Of a DNA stretch of 64,000 bases, positions 51,328-63,880 are shown piece by piece (the first letter of the stretch is position 1; each line of letters opens with the position of its first letter). Both the position numbers and the translations under genes were made by a program. Source of the stretch: Cetorhinus maximus (taxonomy: Eukaryota). The notes below the pieces were generated by a model that saw nothing but the letters and a program-made list of their open reading frames with translations, did no database searches and was not told where the DNA came from. Location: the NCBI RefSeq assembly GCF_964194155.1, contig NC_135881.1, positions 87,854,001 to 87,918,000 of the forward strand. The letters run 5' to 3'.

Positions 51328-51878
51328 TTATTGTGTGAAGTTTTGGTCTCCTCACCTGAGGAAGGATGTACTTGCTATAGAGGGAGTGCAGCAAAGGTTT
51401 ACCCAACTGATTCCTGGGATGGCGGGATGACATATGAGGAGAGATTGAGTCGATTAGGATTATATTCGCTGGAGTTCAGAAGAATGAGGGGGGATCTCAT
51501 AGAAACCTATAAAATTCTAACAGGACTAGACAGCGTAGATGCAGGAAGGATGTTCCCGATGGTGGGGGAATCCAGAACCAGGAGTCACAGTCTGAGGATA
51601 TGGGGTAGACCATTTAGGACTGAAATGAGGAGTAATTTCTTCACTCAGAGAGTGGTGAGCCTGTGGAATTCGTTACCACAGAAAGTAGTTGAGATCAAAA
51701 CATTGTATGCTTTCAAGAAGGAATTAGATATAGCTCTTGGGATGAAAGGGAAAAGGGTATGGGGAGAAGGCAGGAGCAGGCTATTGATTTAGATGATCAG
51801 CCATGATCATAACGAATGGCGGAGCAGGCTCGAAAGGCCGAATGGCTTACTCCTGCTCCTAGTTTCTATGTTTCTATT
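51328..51878 (+). mobile_element. CR1 (HER1-type) LINE 3' end, relatively well preserved
   Basis: YEERLSRLGLYSLEFRRMRGDLIETYKIL...FFTQRVVSLWNSLP; tail tcctgctcctagtttctatgtttctat. Confidence 0.92.
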
Positions 51879-52065
51879 AGTACTAAGGACCTGTGCTTCA
51901 GAACATGTTGCGCCCCTATCAAGCTGTTCCAGTACAGCTACAACACTAGCATCTATCCAGCAATGAAGAAAACTGCCCGGGTATGTCCTGTCCACAAAAA
52001 GCATGCCAAATCTTACCCATCCAATTACCTCCCCATCAGTCTACTCTTGATCATCAGCAATGTGT

Positions 52066-53610
52066 ATTTATAGACCACCTTTAGCATAATGAAACTTCTT
52101 GAGCCACTTCACAAGTGCACTATCAAGCAAAATTTGACAGCAAGCCACATAAGTCGATATTGAGGCAAATGAACAAAAGTGTGGTCAAAGAGGTCGGTTT
52201 TAAGCAGCAGAGGTGGAGAGGCATAGGGGGGGGGGATTGCCAGAGTTTAGGACCTAAGCAGTTGAAGGCACGGCCACTGATGGTGAAACAATTATAATTG
52301 AGAATGCTCAAGAGGCCAGGAATGAATGAGTGAAGGTACCTCAGAAGGTTGTGGTGCTGGACAGATTACAGAAATAGGGAGGGCTAAGACCATGGTAGAA
52401 TTTGAAAACAAGAATTTTAAATTTGAGGCACTGCTTAACCAGGAGCCAATATAGGTCAGCAAGCACAGTGGTGATGGGTGAACAGGACTTGACGTATGTA
52501 AGGACATGAGCAGCAGAGTTTTTGATTACCTCAAGTTTGTGGAGGATAGAATGTGGCAGGCTGGCCAGTAGTGCATAAAATAGTCAGGTCTTGAGATGAC
52601 AAAAGTACGGATGAGGGTTTCAGCTGCAGGTGAGCTGAGGCAGTGGCAGAGTCGGGCAAGGTTACCTGAATAGAGAGAACCTTAACAATATCAGTTAACA
52701 TGGGAACCAGGAAGGAAAGATGAGTGGCCAGCAGTTTATTGGAATAGGGTCGAGGGAGCAGCAGATGGTCTTATGGGCAAGGTAAGTTTGGAGTGGGTAT
52801 GAGAAGAAATAGGAAAGAAACTAGGGAAAGATACAAGTTAAGGGTAGGGGGAACTTTAAAGGGATTTGGCCCAATGGGTTAGGGGAAAGGAGGGAAGTGG
52901 CAGAGGCAGCAGATAAGATGGTCTCAATTCTACTGACAAGCTCATGAGGTCCTCGCACTTATAGTTGGAGGTGAGAGTGGAGGTGACAAGGGAAAAGGGT
53001 TTAAGAAGGTGTTTTGCAGTAGAGAAAATAAGCCAGGGGTTATCTTTGCACTCCAGGATGAATCTGGAATAGTGAACACTTTTAGTAGACTGGAGCAGGA
53101 CCCAATAGTGTTTTATGTGGTCCAGCCAGATCTAGAGTTAATGGCTAAGCCAGTTTTCCACCAAGTCAGTTCAAGTCTCAGAAATGAGGGCTGTACCAAG
53201 GGTAATGGCCAGGGTGAGAAAGAGTAATGGTTTTGTTGGGGACTATGGAATCAAAGATGCACGTGCAGTACGGTTTGGACATGGAAGGGGTTGTGGATGT
53301 AAAATGATATAAGGAATTGATTGGAGATGGCCTTATTTGTGATTGATACAATGTCAGTCGCAAGGCCATGTGAAATGACAAGGCCAAGAGGTGGTTGTAA
53401 GTATGAGCTGAGGAGTTTACATGGTGGGTGGGGGTGTGGGGAGTGGGGTGTGGTGTAGGGGATAAGAGGCTAGTGAACTCAGAAGAAATAGAGCATGATG
53501 AGTTAAGATGGAGGTTGAAACCATGGACAATAAGAGTTCACTCGGTGCAGAGGCTGAAGGAGGAAATCAGTGAAGGCATCTTGGTGAGAAATTTTTTATG
53601 GCACAATACT
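52066..53610 (-). mobile_element. L2 LINE fragments
   Basis: Minus-strand PITTVLADLYWLLVKQCLKFKILV and GRAFNCLGPKLWQS, typical of the L2 ORF2 C-terminus. The right boundary is approximate. Confidence 0.7.
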
Positions 53611-53958
53611 TAGGTGGGCAATAAAGAACGAGGATGACAATGTGCTAATACATGGCACCACTCAGTTGCTAGTTGTATTCTGGGTAAAGGAAGGCAAATG
53701 CAAGAACAATGGAAAGCTTCAGAAATGCTGATAGAAAGTTAATTATAAAGGAATAAAATGGATAAAGTATCATTATTTTTGAAAAGTGCAAACAAAACTG
53801 TGGCTCTTGACTTCAACGTTATAACACAAAATTAATCATAAGCGACAGCATGAATTACATAGATCATACGTAACAGAAGAGGTTTAGTCAGCAATAGTCA
53901 TCTAATTTTAAGGCATGAAGATGCCAGGCCCAGAGAAACTGACAGGCTATTTAATTAC

Positions 53959-54068
53959 CCTGAAGCGGTCCTGATAATTGCATGTCCTGAAGATGGTCCT
54001 ATGTCTCCTGTCAGCATCTTGAATGTTGTGGTTTTCCCAGCCCCATTCACACCGAGGAGTCCAAAACA
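53959..54068 (-). CDS. ABCA13: ABCA exon, Walker A ([21 protein letters not shown])
   Basis: attag| ... |gtaat, 110 nt, phase 0/2. Confidence 0.97.
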
Positions 54069-55024
54069 CTAATATATACATAAAAAAATAACTTACTAGA
54101 ATTTAAAATGGAGAAGTATTGGTACATAGGGTTCAGGAACAAATAGTGAAGGTCCACATGCACAATTCCACTGAACTAAATATGGTTCAAATAAATTCAT
54201 CCTTTATGGAACTATATCCAGGTTGCAGTTCATTTCCCTATCTTCCTCCCCAGGCCAGGACTACAATTCCTGGTTGCCAGCTCTTATGTTTTCTCCTTTA
54301 TGCAACTTGAAGTGCTTAGATCTCATTTATCAGTAGAAGACTTCAGGAAACAATCCTTGTTACCATCTTGAAATTTTAGGCCATGCAAAGGGCATACAGC
54401 AAAGATGTAGCAAATGTGATATGGAAGCGCTTGGCACCATATTCCACTATATGTTAGAAGATCTCCTCTGCATGTATAGACTGCTATTAGATCAATTCCT
54501 CCAAACGTGGTTAAAAATCAAAGAAGTCAGGGGTTTAGGTGAAAAGACAATTTATAGAATAGCAAATCTGGGAGGCGGGTGCTTGTTGTGTACTTATATT
54601 GATCCAGAACTAGATTTGGAATCAAGTCAGCACACACTGGTCCTGTGCGACCTCATAATCCTTTCAAAAGGGTTATTGCAAAAAGGTTAACACTCAGGTC
54701 AATTTCATCTGTGCAATATCAAGGGGAACTTTTAATATGTTTCTTTGAAATTCTGTTGACCTCTACTTTAATGAAGACATTAGTTCACTAAATGCCTTCA
54801 TGAAAATAGCATATAAATGAACTCTATATGAACATTTTAATGGCATCATTACCACGATTGCACTGTCTAACTTAATTCAAACAGCATCATAATATGAATT
54901 CCTTCTACTTCTGGCATAAAGGAAATTTAGTAGTTCCACTGGGTAAAATAAACCTGTATTAAAATAGTTAAACATTGAATTTAGTAATAGGCTAGAGGAG
55001 TTTTCACAAAATTGACAATTTGAG

Positions 55025-56128
55025 TTCAACAATTTTAGATTGTAGCATCTGGCCTATTTTTCCCCATTTTGTTTGCTGGTTTTGTTTGTTTTCTATCTTG
55101 CTTCACTCCTTTTCCTTTTGTCTTTGCTGTCGTATTAAAGCTGTTTGTGAATCTGCCATTCACACTTACTCTAGGCACATCTTTCATTCCTTTACTTGTC
55201 TCATTACTACTCCTATTGGCACGATCAACACTTCTGTCATTTAATCTCTCCTGCCTTATACTCTAACACAGTCCATCCCTTTTATTCTTTTAACCCTTCT
55301 CCCTCTTTCACTTGCTTAAAAGCTGTTACATCTCTAACTTTTCCCTGTTCTGATAAAAGGTAATTGACCTGAAATGTTCCCATGGAGATGGGAGTGGAGG
55401 CTGGAATTAGGGAAAATAAGGTGGAACCTTGTTGGGATGGCTCCCTGACACATCCCTGGGAAGATTCCCAGGGGCAGCTTGGGATGTGGATTGGCTTCCT
55501 GGAAGCCAATTTAATTAATTAAGCTCCCAATTAGCAGTGATGTTTTGGGCTCATTAGCATTTTGTTTGCAGCAGAGTAGCACTCCCTGAGACATGGAGTG
55601 GCTGCCAGCTCAATGGAAGGGGTCATCAGTGGCTGGGGGTCATCAGAACTGGAGGCTGCAGGAGCAAAGGTTGCCCCCATAGCCCCAACAATCCCCACGG
55701 ATGGTTTCCCCTTCCATTCCGCGAGTCCTAGCACCTTCCCTCTTTTAGAATCTTTCACTATTTTTATCCCTCCGAGGGGGCCTCCATTTTGAGATGCCCT
55801 CACATACTCAGACATGCCTCAGCAGTGTCCACCTCTCCTAGTGGGGCCACCGAGGCTCTAGGGCAGTCGGCCATTTGACTGATCTGGCAGCATTGGGAGT
55901 CTCCTGCTATCCCTAATAGGATGCCGAGCATAGAGGCTGTCATATAGGAGGCTGCCTCTGGGTAAATGGCTCCACTGGTCTGGCTCCTGGCAAGTGCAGG
56001 CTCGGGTCCCCCATTTGGCCTGACGCCGGAGTCCAGAAACCTGCAGGAATTGCCTGCCCATTAACTCTGCTTCTCTCCCCGCAGATACTGCTAGACCTGC
56101 TGACTATTCCCAGTGTTTTTCTTTTTAT
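55025..56128 (+). mobile_element. Penelope-type terminal repeat with degenerate hammerhead motif, split by a Harbinger-type insert (55379-56060)
   Basis: gtt-ctgataa-aaggtaattgacct-gaaatgtt at 55347-55378 resumes as aactctgcttctctcc...gctagacctgctga at 56063, similar to the right arm at 5856-5925. The insert ends aattgcctgccc. Confidence 0.6.
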
Positions 56129-56206
56129 AAATTAAATTAACTTGCAGCTTCTTAACAACGTTACTGGAACTGAACAATTCTAAATAAAATTAACATTTTT
56201 CCGTAC

Positions 56207-56396
56207 CTCTCCTGTAGGTACCCCTACAGTGACTCCTTTTACAGCACTAACTTTCTTGTTTAAGATCTGGAAGCATTTCTTTAGGTTGTGAATCTGTAAA
56301 ATGTCATTGTTTGCTCCTCCATTCAAAACCCGTTCACGTTCTTCTCTCACATCATTATCCTCATCACCGGTTGTATCACGCAGGAAATCCTGGCGG
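56207..56396 (-). CDS. ABCA13: ABCA exon (DEDNDVREERERVL...NDILQIHNLKK...VGVPTGE)
   Basis: tttcag| ... |gtacgg, 190 nt, phase 2/0. Confidence 0.95.
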
Positions 56397-56487
56397 CTGA
56401 AAATTTAAGTAAAACTGTCAAAACATCTTTCGCATTTTACATGGTAAGACTAATATAAACATACTTAGTTTCTCTTTACTTAAACAG

Positions 56488-57866
56488 CATTAATTGCAAA
56501 TGTTACACCCTTGTTCAAAAAGGGGTTTGAGGACAAGCCTCCAGCATCTACAGGCCAGTCAGTTTAACCTCGGTTGTAGGGGAACTTTTAGAAAAGATCA
56601 TTTGAGACAAAACTTACAGTCCCTTGTGCAAGTGCAGGTTAATTAAGGAAGCCCAGCATGGATATGTTAAGAGCAAATCATGGTTAACCAACTTGCTTGA
56701 GTTTTTTGGTGAGGTAACAGAGAGACTAGATGAGAGTTGGTGTGATGTACATGGACTTCCAAAAGGTATTTAATAATGTGCCAGACAACAAACTTGTGAA
56801 CAAAGTTAGAGCAAATGGAATAAAAGGAACAGTTGCATGGATACAATTGGCTGAGTGACAGGAAACCATAAGTCGTGGTGAATGGTTCTTTTTCGGACTG
56901 GAGGAAGGTTTGTAGTGGGGTTCCCCAAGAGTCGCTGCTGGGTTCCCGATTTGTCTTAATGTACATCAATGACCTAGACTTATGCCTACAGGCAAAATTT
57001 AAAAATTTGAGAATGACAAAACTTGGAGGTATTGTGAACTGTGAGGAGGAAAGTGTTAAACTTCAAAAGAATGTGGACAGGTTGGTGGAATGAGTGGACA
57101 AGTGACAGGTGAAATTTATTGCAGAGAAGTGTGAAGTGAAGGATGGGGAGAGTCAATATAAAGTGTACAATTCCGAAGGGAGTAGAGGGACCTGGGGGTA
57201 TATGTGCACAAATCATTGAAGGTGGTAGGGCAAGTCGAGAGTATGTTTAAAAAAGACATGGGACCTTCGACTTTATCAATAGGGCATAGAGAACAAAAAC
57301 AAGGAGGTTATGATAAACCTGTGCAAAAAAACAATTCTCAACTGGAATAGTGTCCAGTTCTGGGCGCCACACTTTATGAAGGATGGGAAGGTGTTGAAGA
57401 GGGTGTATAAAAGACTCACGAGATTGGTTCCAAGGATCAGGATTTTCAGTTATGTAGATAGATTGGAGAAAATTGTGCTATTTTCCTTCAAGAGAGAGAG
57501 AGGATTTTTGATAGAGGTATTCAAAATCTTGAGAGATATGGACAGACTAGATAAAGAGAAACAGTTCCCATTGATGGAAGCATCGAGAACCAGAGGACAC
57601 TGATTTAAAGTGAGTGGCAAAAGAAATAGTGGCTTTTATTATGCAGTGAGTAGTTAGGATATGAAATATACTGCCTGAGTGCATTGTGGAGGTAGATTCA
57701 AGTGGCTTTTAAAACAAAATGAGATCACTATCTGTGGATGAAAAATTTGCAGATCTAAAAATGGCAGCAGTGTGGCACTAGTTGAATTGCTTTTGTAGAG
57801 AGCTGGCACAGGCACGATAGGCCTAATGGCCTCTTACCGTGCTGTAACCATTCTATTATTCTATGA
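56488..57866 (+). mobile_element. CR1 LINE RT/3' fragment, old
   Basis: YRPVSLTSVVG, DFQKVF, SGVPQESLLG, YINDL; tail ttctattattctatg. Confidence 0.85.
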
Positions 57867-58029
57867 GTAAAGATTTAAAGCCTGTTAAATAATAGTTCAC
57901 CATTGTAATTTGAAACTGCACACAGAAGCAAATGCCCAAAAAAGGGTGGTATTTAAACCGTTAAACATCTGCACATACAATGAGCAAATATAGGCATCCT
58001 AAAGCAAAGATTCCAACGCCTTGACTGCT

Positions 58030-59030
58030 ACAACTGAGTTCTGCAGTTTAGTCGTGAGCTGTCTCCAGATTTGCAGTAATTCCTTGCATGCTATACAACT
58101 ATGCTACTTAGAAGGGTGGGTCCTTGCAACTGCCACAGGAGAAAGTAGTGCTGTCGTGCAGGAAGAGAAGGTGAAGGAGGTGAAAAAAGGGATAAGTCCA
58201 AGCATGAGCAGTGCTTCTAACTACCAGAAATGTAAGACAATACATGACTGAGGAAAAATGCTCCTAACCAAACTCCCCCTGAGCACCACACCTTCAGTCC
58301 CGCCATTTCCACCTTCTTCTGAATGACTTCTAACAATATTACCTCATGGGTCTTCCTCCTACATTCCTAAGGATATGAAGGCCAACATCACTACCAAAAA
58401 AGTCTCTCTACTTCATATTATGCACATTGTGGATTCATCTATATTTTTCCTTCTCTTGATATTTAATTGAAATTATCTGAGTGCAATCTTTTCCTGACTG
58501 CTGTCTGTGTTTGTTTTCCTATTCTACTGCTCCTAGAAGATGGTTCTCCTGTTGTAGGAGCCTCGGAGGTGGAAGGCTGCTGATGATTCACTGAGAATAT
58601 TTGAGATTGCTTTGGTTGGTGACATTGAGCAGCTCTGGGTCTGAGCAGATTGCTGTGTCTCAGCACTGACCAAGGCTATCTGAGCCAGCTGACTATGTGA
58701 AACTAACATAGGCACTGGGTCAGAGGTTGACAGGGGAGCAGGTGTGCTGCCATGCTGAGAGAAGACAGCATGAGCTTCTCAAGTGGAGCCAATGCGACCA
58801 TAAAGCAGCTGTGCCTCCACACTCACACTGCTCTGCGTGAGAATAAAGTAACTTAGTGATGTTCTGGAAATCCATATCAGCCTTCCTGTGCATGCTTTCC
58901 TTCATAAATAGAAAGAATAATGAAACACTCGAACCCAAATGATGATTGCAGCAGTCTGAGTTGCCAGCAAAGCTGTCAGTACTATCACCAGAGGCTCCTT
59001 TATTGTGGGCCACAGTGTAGTATTCACAGA
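58030..59030. mobile_element. Ancient Harbinger remnant (convergent 3' ends of transposase and Myb genes)
   Basis: Plus-strand CMLYNYAT*KG (~58085-58117) followed by a Glu-rich tail resembles CALHNLALEKG. A Ser/Pro-rich ORF converges from the minus strand. Confidence 0.4.
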
Positions 59031-59119
59031 AATAACCATTTTATTCATGGTTTACTAACATTGACTCTCTTTAAGACCTGAAGGCTGCCTTTAAATACAT
59101 ATACACATGCCTACATACA

Positions 59120-59525
59120 AACATATAAATTAGGAGGAGGCCCATAGAACCTCCTCCGCCATTCAATAAGATCATGCTTGATCTAATTGTGGCCTCAACT
59201 CCATATTCCACCTACCCCCCAATAACTTTTGATCCCTTGCTAGACAAGAATCCATCTATCTCGATCTTAAAAATACTCATTGACCCTGCCTCCACCAGTC
59301 TCCAGGGAAGACAATTCCAAAGACTCACGACCCTCTAAGAGAAAAAAAATTCTTCTCATCTCCGTCATAAAGGGGAGACCCCTTATTTTTAAACTCTGTC
59401 CCCTAGTTCTGGTTTCTCCCACAAGGGGAAACATCCTTTCAGTATCCACCCTGTTAAGCCCCCTCAGGATCTTATATGTTTGAATAAGACCACCTCACAT
59501 TCTTCTCAACTCCAGTGGATACAGC
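59120..59525 (-). mobile_element. CR1 (HER1-type) LINE 3' fragment
   Basis: DTERMFPLVGETRTRGQSLKIRG. Confidence 0.85.
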
Positions 59526-59999
59526 TTCAGGAAAACCTGATATTCAAGCCCTGATGAGGGGAGATGCCAATCATTAGCAGACTAGCACCAGTTGCTTGCC
59601 CTTGACCAATTTTGTTTGTTGATTGTGGCCACATGGTTAGACACAGTGTTGATTCTTGACCTAAAAGCAAGCCCATATATATTTCTATATTGCTGTTGCT
59701 GGGAAGGGTTTTTTTTGTGAAGAATGAAAGGAAGCAGTAGAAATTTAAGATTAGATGAATAAACCTAATTAGTTTTGAGGGAGCTTAGACATAATTTGTT
59801 ATCAAAGATTAAATAAATAGGATAAAGGTCTCAACAGAATAGGCTCACTAGGTTAGTTGGTCTGAAGAAGGAGCTGGCCTAATGAAACAAAAGTCAAACT
59901 TAATTCTGTGCATTCTTATCCCTTTGGTTTGCTTCTTACAGGTTTTTATTTTTAAGTGTCTTGCTAAAAATTAAGAAAGGAGCCAAAGAACCATCTTAC

Positions 60000-60253
60000 C
60001 TGAGCTTGTGTAGCAAATTTCCTTGGCATAGGAGACGAATTGTGATAAAGAGGCATCCCTCGAGGGTTATCGCCACAAAGACCCAGCCAAGGAAGTCCAT
60101 CTCAAATGGACTCACATAGGAGTTAACTCCAAAACCCTGGGTGAGGTCAAATTTTAACTGATTGTAGGATAGTTCTATCAACCCAAAGGACAGGCAGAAC
60201 TGTGGGAAAATGATGAAGACCCAGCGAAGTACACTGTAAACTTTCAATAGTTG
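60000..60253 (-). CDS. ABCA13: ABCA exon, TMD2 ([21 protein letters not shown]...[12 protein letters not shown]...)
   Basis: catcag| ... |gtaag, 254 nt, phase 0/2; [13 protein letters not shown] matches ABCA13 as recalled. Confidence 0.95.
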
Positions 60254-60450
60254 CTGATGGAGATGGGAAGAAAACATAGACATTAGGTCCAGAATTAAAA
60301 TGCTTGTTTTGACAGCACATTCAGTAGTTAGCCTATTCCCAAACTTACTTGAGTTCACCCACCACCATCCCTATCTCAACCTTTTTATATTAATTGCTTA
60401 TCGTCATTAAATCTTTATGCCCTTGAAATTTAAATTTCTTCTGATGCTAT

Positions 60451-61610
60451 GGGCGGAATTGTCCTAGATTTGCACGAAGTGTAGTAGAGAGCGTGTAAAA
60501 AGACGTCTTACCTGCCGGCCCCAGTGGCGGGTTTTCACGCCATGTCATCCCATTTCCACCTCATTAGTTATGCAGCCACAGGAAAAATGTCATCTCCTTG
60601 GCAGGCAGCCTCCAATTTTCCCACCATGCCGTTACCTCACCATTTTCACATGCCGGGTGCCGTATTTAAACTTCAGCCAGAGCCCCGTACCCTCGTTCTG
60701 GCTGCAGGAGGCCCATCAGTCTCACCACTCCAGCTTTGGGGGGCAGTGGCAGAGGTGGTCACTGCCAACGCTGCACACAAGAGGTTAGCCATCCAGTACG
60801 GAAAACAGATGAATGATCTCATCCATGCCGCCAGGGTATGGGCAACCATCTCATCATTCTAAACTCACACAGTGACAAGGCCATCCACATTCACTGGCAT
60901 CTCACACACTGCTAGCTCAAGGGACATCACCACTCACTCCCTCAGACACACCCTCACATCTCCATCTGGCCCCATCTCCTCTGGAGACTGCCTCTTCAGC
61001 CCTCACCATCTTGAGGCTACGTGCACAGATCAACATGTGCCCCACACATACCCTGGGATAACCCCCTTCCCCAGTACAGCTCTTGCTTGCCTCAAGCTAC
61101 TTCTCCCCCTTCCCCAAACAAACCCTAGCCCTGTGGCTGTTGAAAAGGCACCCCCACCTTACGGCTAGTCTGGTAGGTAGGGACCTGCTTAGTGAGCCCC
61201 CCTAAAAATGATGTGGTTCTGCCTGCGAAGCCTGGCACTGATGACCATGAGTGCTGCCTGAAGCAAGGTAGGCAAACAAACCTCGAATTCCCGAGCAAAG
61301 TGCAGCTCGCCAGGTGCACATCGCTTGTGTACATTTGTGAAACACATCATTGTGCAATCACGCCAACGTGCCTGGATGATCCAGCGTGGGGGGATGATTC
61401 TGGTGACCTGGGCTTATAATGATATGCTAAAGTATTGAAATTAGGTTCCCCACGTGATACAGCGGGAAACACGGCCGCCATTGACGGGTGAAGCGGACAG
61501 TTGCAAACTGGTTTCACGAAGGCGTAAATGCGATTTTTGGCCTTCGCGCCATATTGTCCACTCACACCCGCCATGATGCCCACTGACAACAGGACCGAAT
61601 GATTCTGCGC
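60451..61610 (+). mobile_element. Non-autonomous Harbinger derivative with Myb/SANT exon remnant
   Basis: TIR-like gggcggaatt / gattctgcgc with flanks tat/tgt; WGAVAEVVTANAAHKRLAIQYGKQMNDLIHAAR|gtatg. Homologous to 9533-10650. Confidence 0.78.
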
Positions 61611-62180
61611 TGTCCCCTTTGGAGTTGTACTCTGTTCTATGCTGGGCTGATTTAACAAATAGCTGGAAGCTATAACAGGAAAACTAAGGTTGGTATTCCA
61701 GAAGGATGGAATCAGAAGTGCTGAAAGGATTCTTCATCCTAACCCATCTTGCATGTTATGTTAATTACATTTTAAATGTTCATAGTTTCATGTTACCTGT
61801 TTATTGAGCATAATGGAAGACATTTCATTGATGTATGAGGCTGATAATGTTTGCTTAAGCTCAATCTTAGATACATTATTGTGCTGCAGTATTGCACTGT
61901 TTGTAGGTTTGTCCCATACCAGACCTAAGTCTGAGCTTCAAAGGTTTAGCTCTCTCTATACCATAATTTTCGTTTTCTATTCTCCTTACAAACAATTCTG
62001 ACACCTTATAAGACAAAGCATCAAAATCAAGAGCTAAAGTCAAGGCTTAATTATGTGAGCTAGTATTCTTATGGATTAAGTTAAGACATAAAGAATTCCT
62101 TACTTTGTCAGAAATCAATTTAGTCTAGCTCAATTTTTTCCAAAAACATACAATTTAGGGATTATTTTGGGGTTGCTTAC

Positions 62181-62337
62181 TGCTTGGTTGGATAATAGTG
62201 CCAGAAAACGAGGAAGATAGGCTGCCAGGATGGTGCAGAGACCCAGCACTAAGTTAATTGCAACATATGTGATAAAAGCTGCATCTGGACTGGAGAAGAA
62301 CCTTGACAGAAGATACATCCAGGGTATGGTGGCAAAT
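62181..62337 (-). CDS. ABCA13: ABCA exon, TMD2 (FATIPWMYLLSRFFSSPDAAFITY...)
   Basis: tttcag| ... |gtaag, 157 nt, phase 2/0. The gene continues beyond the right edge. Confidence 0.95.
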
Positions 62338-63444
62338 CTGAAAGACAGATAGAAGAACAGGGCAGATGAACAAGCAGAAAAAACAACATAAATCCAACTT
62401 TTTGTAATTTCATATTAATGAAATTGCCACTCACAGATCATTAATACTTTGGTCCTCTTAAAATCCTTTTAAATTCTGTCTCTTTCTGTCTAAATTACCT
62501 CTGAGGTTCAGAATACCAAAATCGCACGGCCCTAAAAATTCATAGGGTGGCACATCCCAATATATGTGCTGAAATGTGCCGGCCCATACCCCTACTGTTG
62601 ATCCCATTGAAGAGACTGAAAAGTCCGGCTGAAAAGTCCTGGGCTGAGATAAGGTTGGGGAATGGGGGCATGAGGTATCCCCACCAGAAGAAATTTACAA
62701 TGGAAGACAATTTAAAACTTCAAAAAAGGAAACTGGCTGTCCAAATCATTGGCATTTAGGTATAGGCCCCAATTCTGCCCCTTAGCTGACCAGTGTGCTG
62801 TTTATGACATTTTTTCCGATTTGTCGCCTCTCTCCTGTCTAAGTGGAAATGCAGAAGGCCCCCAATGTCTAGGCTCTCAACGTGATTGGCTGATGTAATA
62901 CCAGAGCACTTCCCAAAAATCAAACTAGGGCAGATACTGCAAGGCTCTGCTCCTGTTACAAAGTCCGTCTGGATGTGACCCTGGCTTGCGGAATAGGTCC
63001 TATTGTGTTAAGCCCTATTTTCAATCTGCAGTCGTGACTTATCAAGGCTCCATTTCTGAAGCAGAGCTTAGTAAGTCTTCTTAATTAATTTTTTTCTTAT
63101 CTTGACCAGAGGAATTTATCCTAAGAGTCACAGCCTAGACATGTTCAAAGAATTGCAAGATAGCAACGAGGTATGGCCGAAACACATTAGCAAAAATTAT
63201 ATTAAAGAATTCATATGTCATGTAGAAGTTTGATTTTTATAGTAAAAGCTACTGGCTATCAATTGATTACATTTTTGGTTGTCATCATTTTTTTTTATAA
63301 AAAAGCATTTGGCTGATGGAAATTTGCAGTGGAAGGATTTTCTGTTGGCTGTGAATAAAAACAATATTTTAAAATGATTCTACCTAAACAAAAGCAGTGT
63401 CTGAGAAAGCAACAGATTTTGTGAAATCCCCAAGAGTTCACAGA

Positions 63445-63880
63445 AAGAAAGAACATGTTTATATTGTCCCTTCCATGACCTTAGGATGTTGCAAAGCACC
63501 TCAGCCAAATAAATACATTTTAAGTATTAGAACTGTTAGAACATAGGGAAATGCAACGGATAACTTGGTCAAAATGAGATTCCCTAAACAACAATGAGCT
63601 AAATGAATAGATAAATTGTTCTAGTGATGTTGGTTGAAGATTAAATATTTGCCAGGACACCTGGAGGACTCTTCTGCTCTTCTTTGAAAAATGCTGTGGG
63701 AGTTTTTATGTCCCGAGCGGATATCAAGTTTAAAATCTCATCCCAAAGCCAGCACCGCTGATTGTGCAGCACTCCCTCAGTACTGCACTGATGTTCAGCC
63801 TAGATTATATGCTCACGTCTCTAGAATGAGGCTTGAACCCTAAAACATCTGTTTCAGAGGCCACACGAATGCCACGAAGC
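63445..63880 (-). mobile_element. tRNA-headed Deu-domain SINE (SacSINE1/AmnSINE1-like)
   Basis: Minus-strand B box ggttcaagcc (~63830-63839) followed by cagtgcagtactgagggagtgctgcac, recalled as the DeuSINE core, and an L2-like tail. Confidence 0.7.

Larger units (their letters stand above)
48732..52065 (+). mobile_element. LINE family B with intact 5' end, interrupted by two nested insertions
   Basis: 5' head, then APE (LLTNISGLVPKLGE...PDIVILTKS), linker and RT start (LFQYSYNT...PISLL). Nested inserts at ~49908-50820 and ~51328-51878. Confidence 0.85.
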
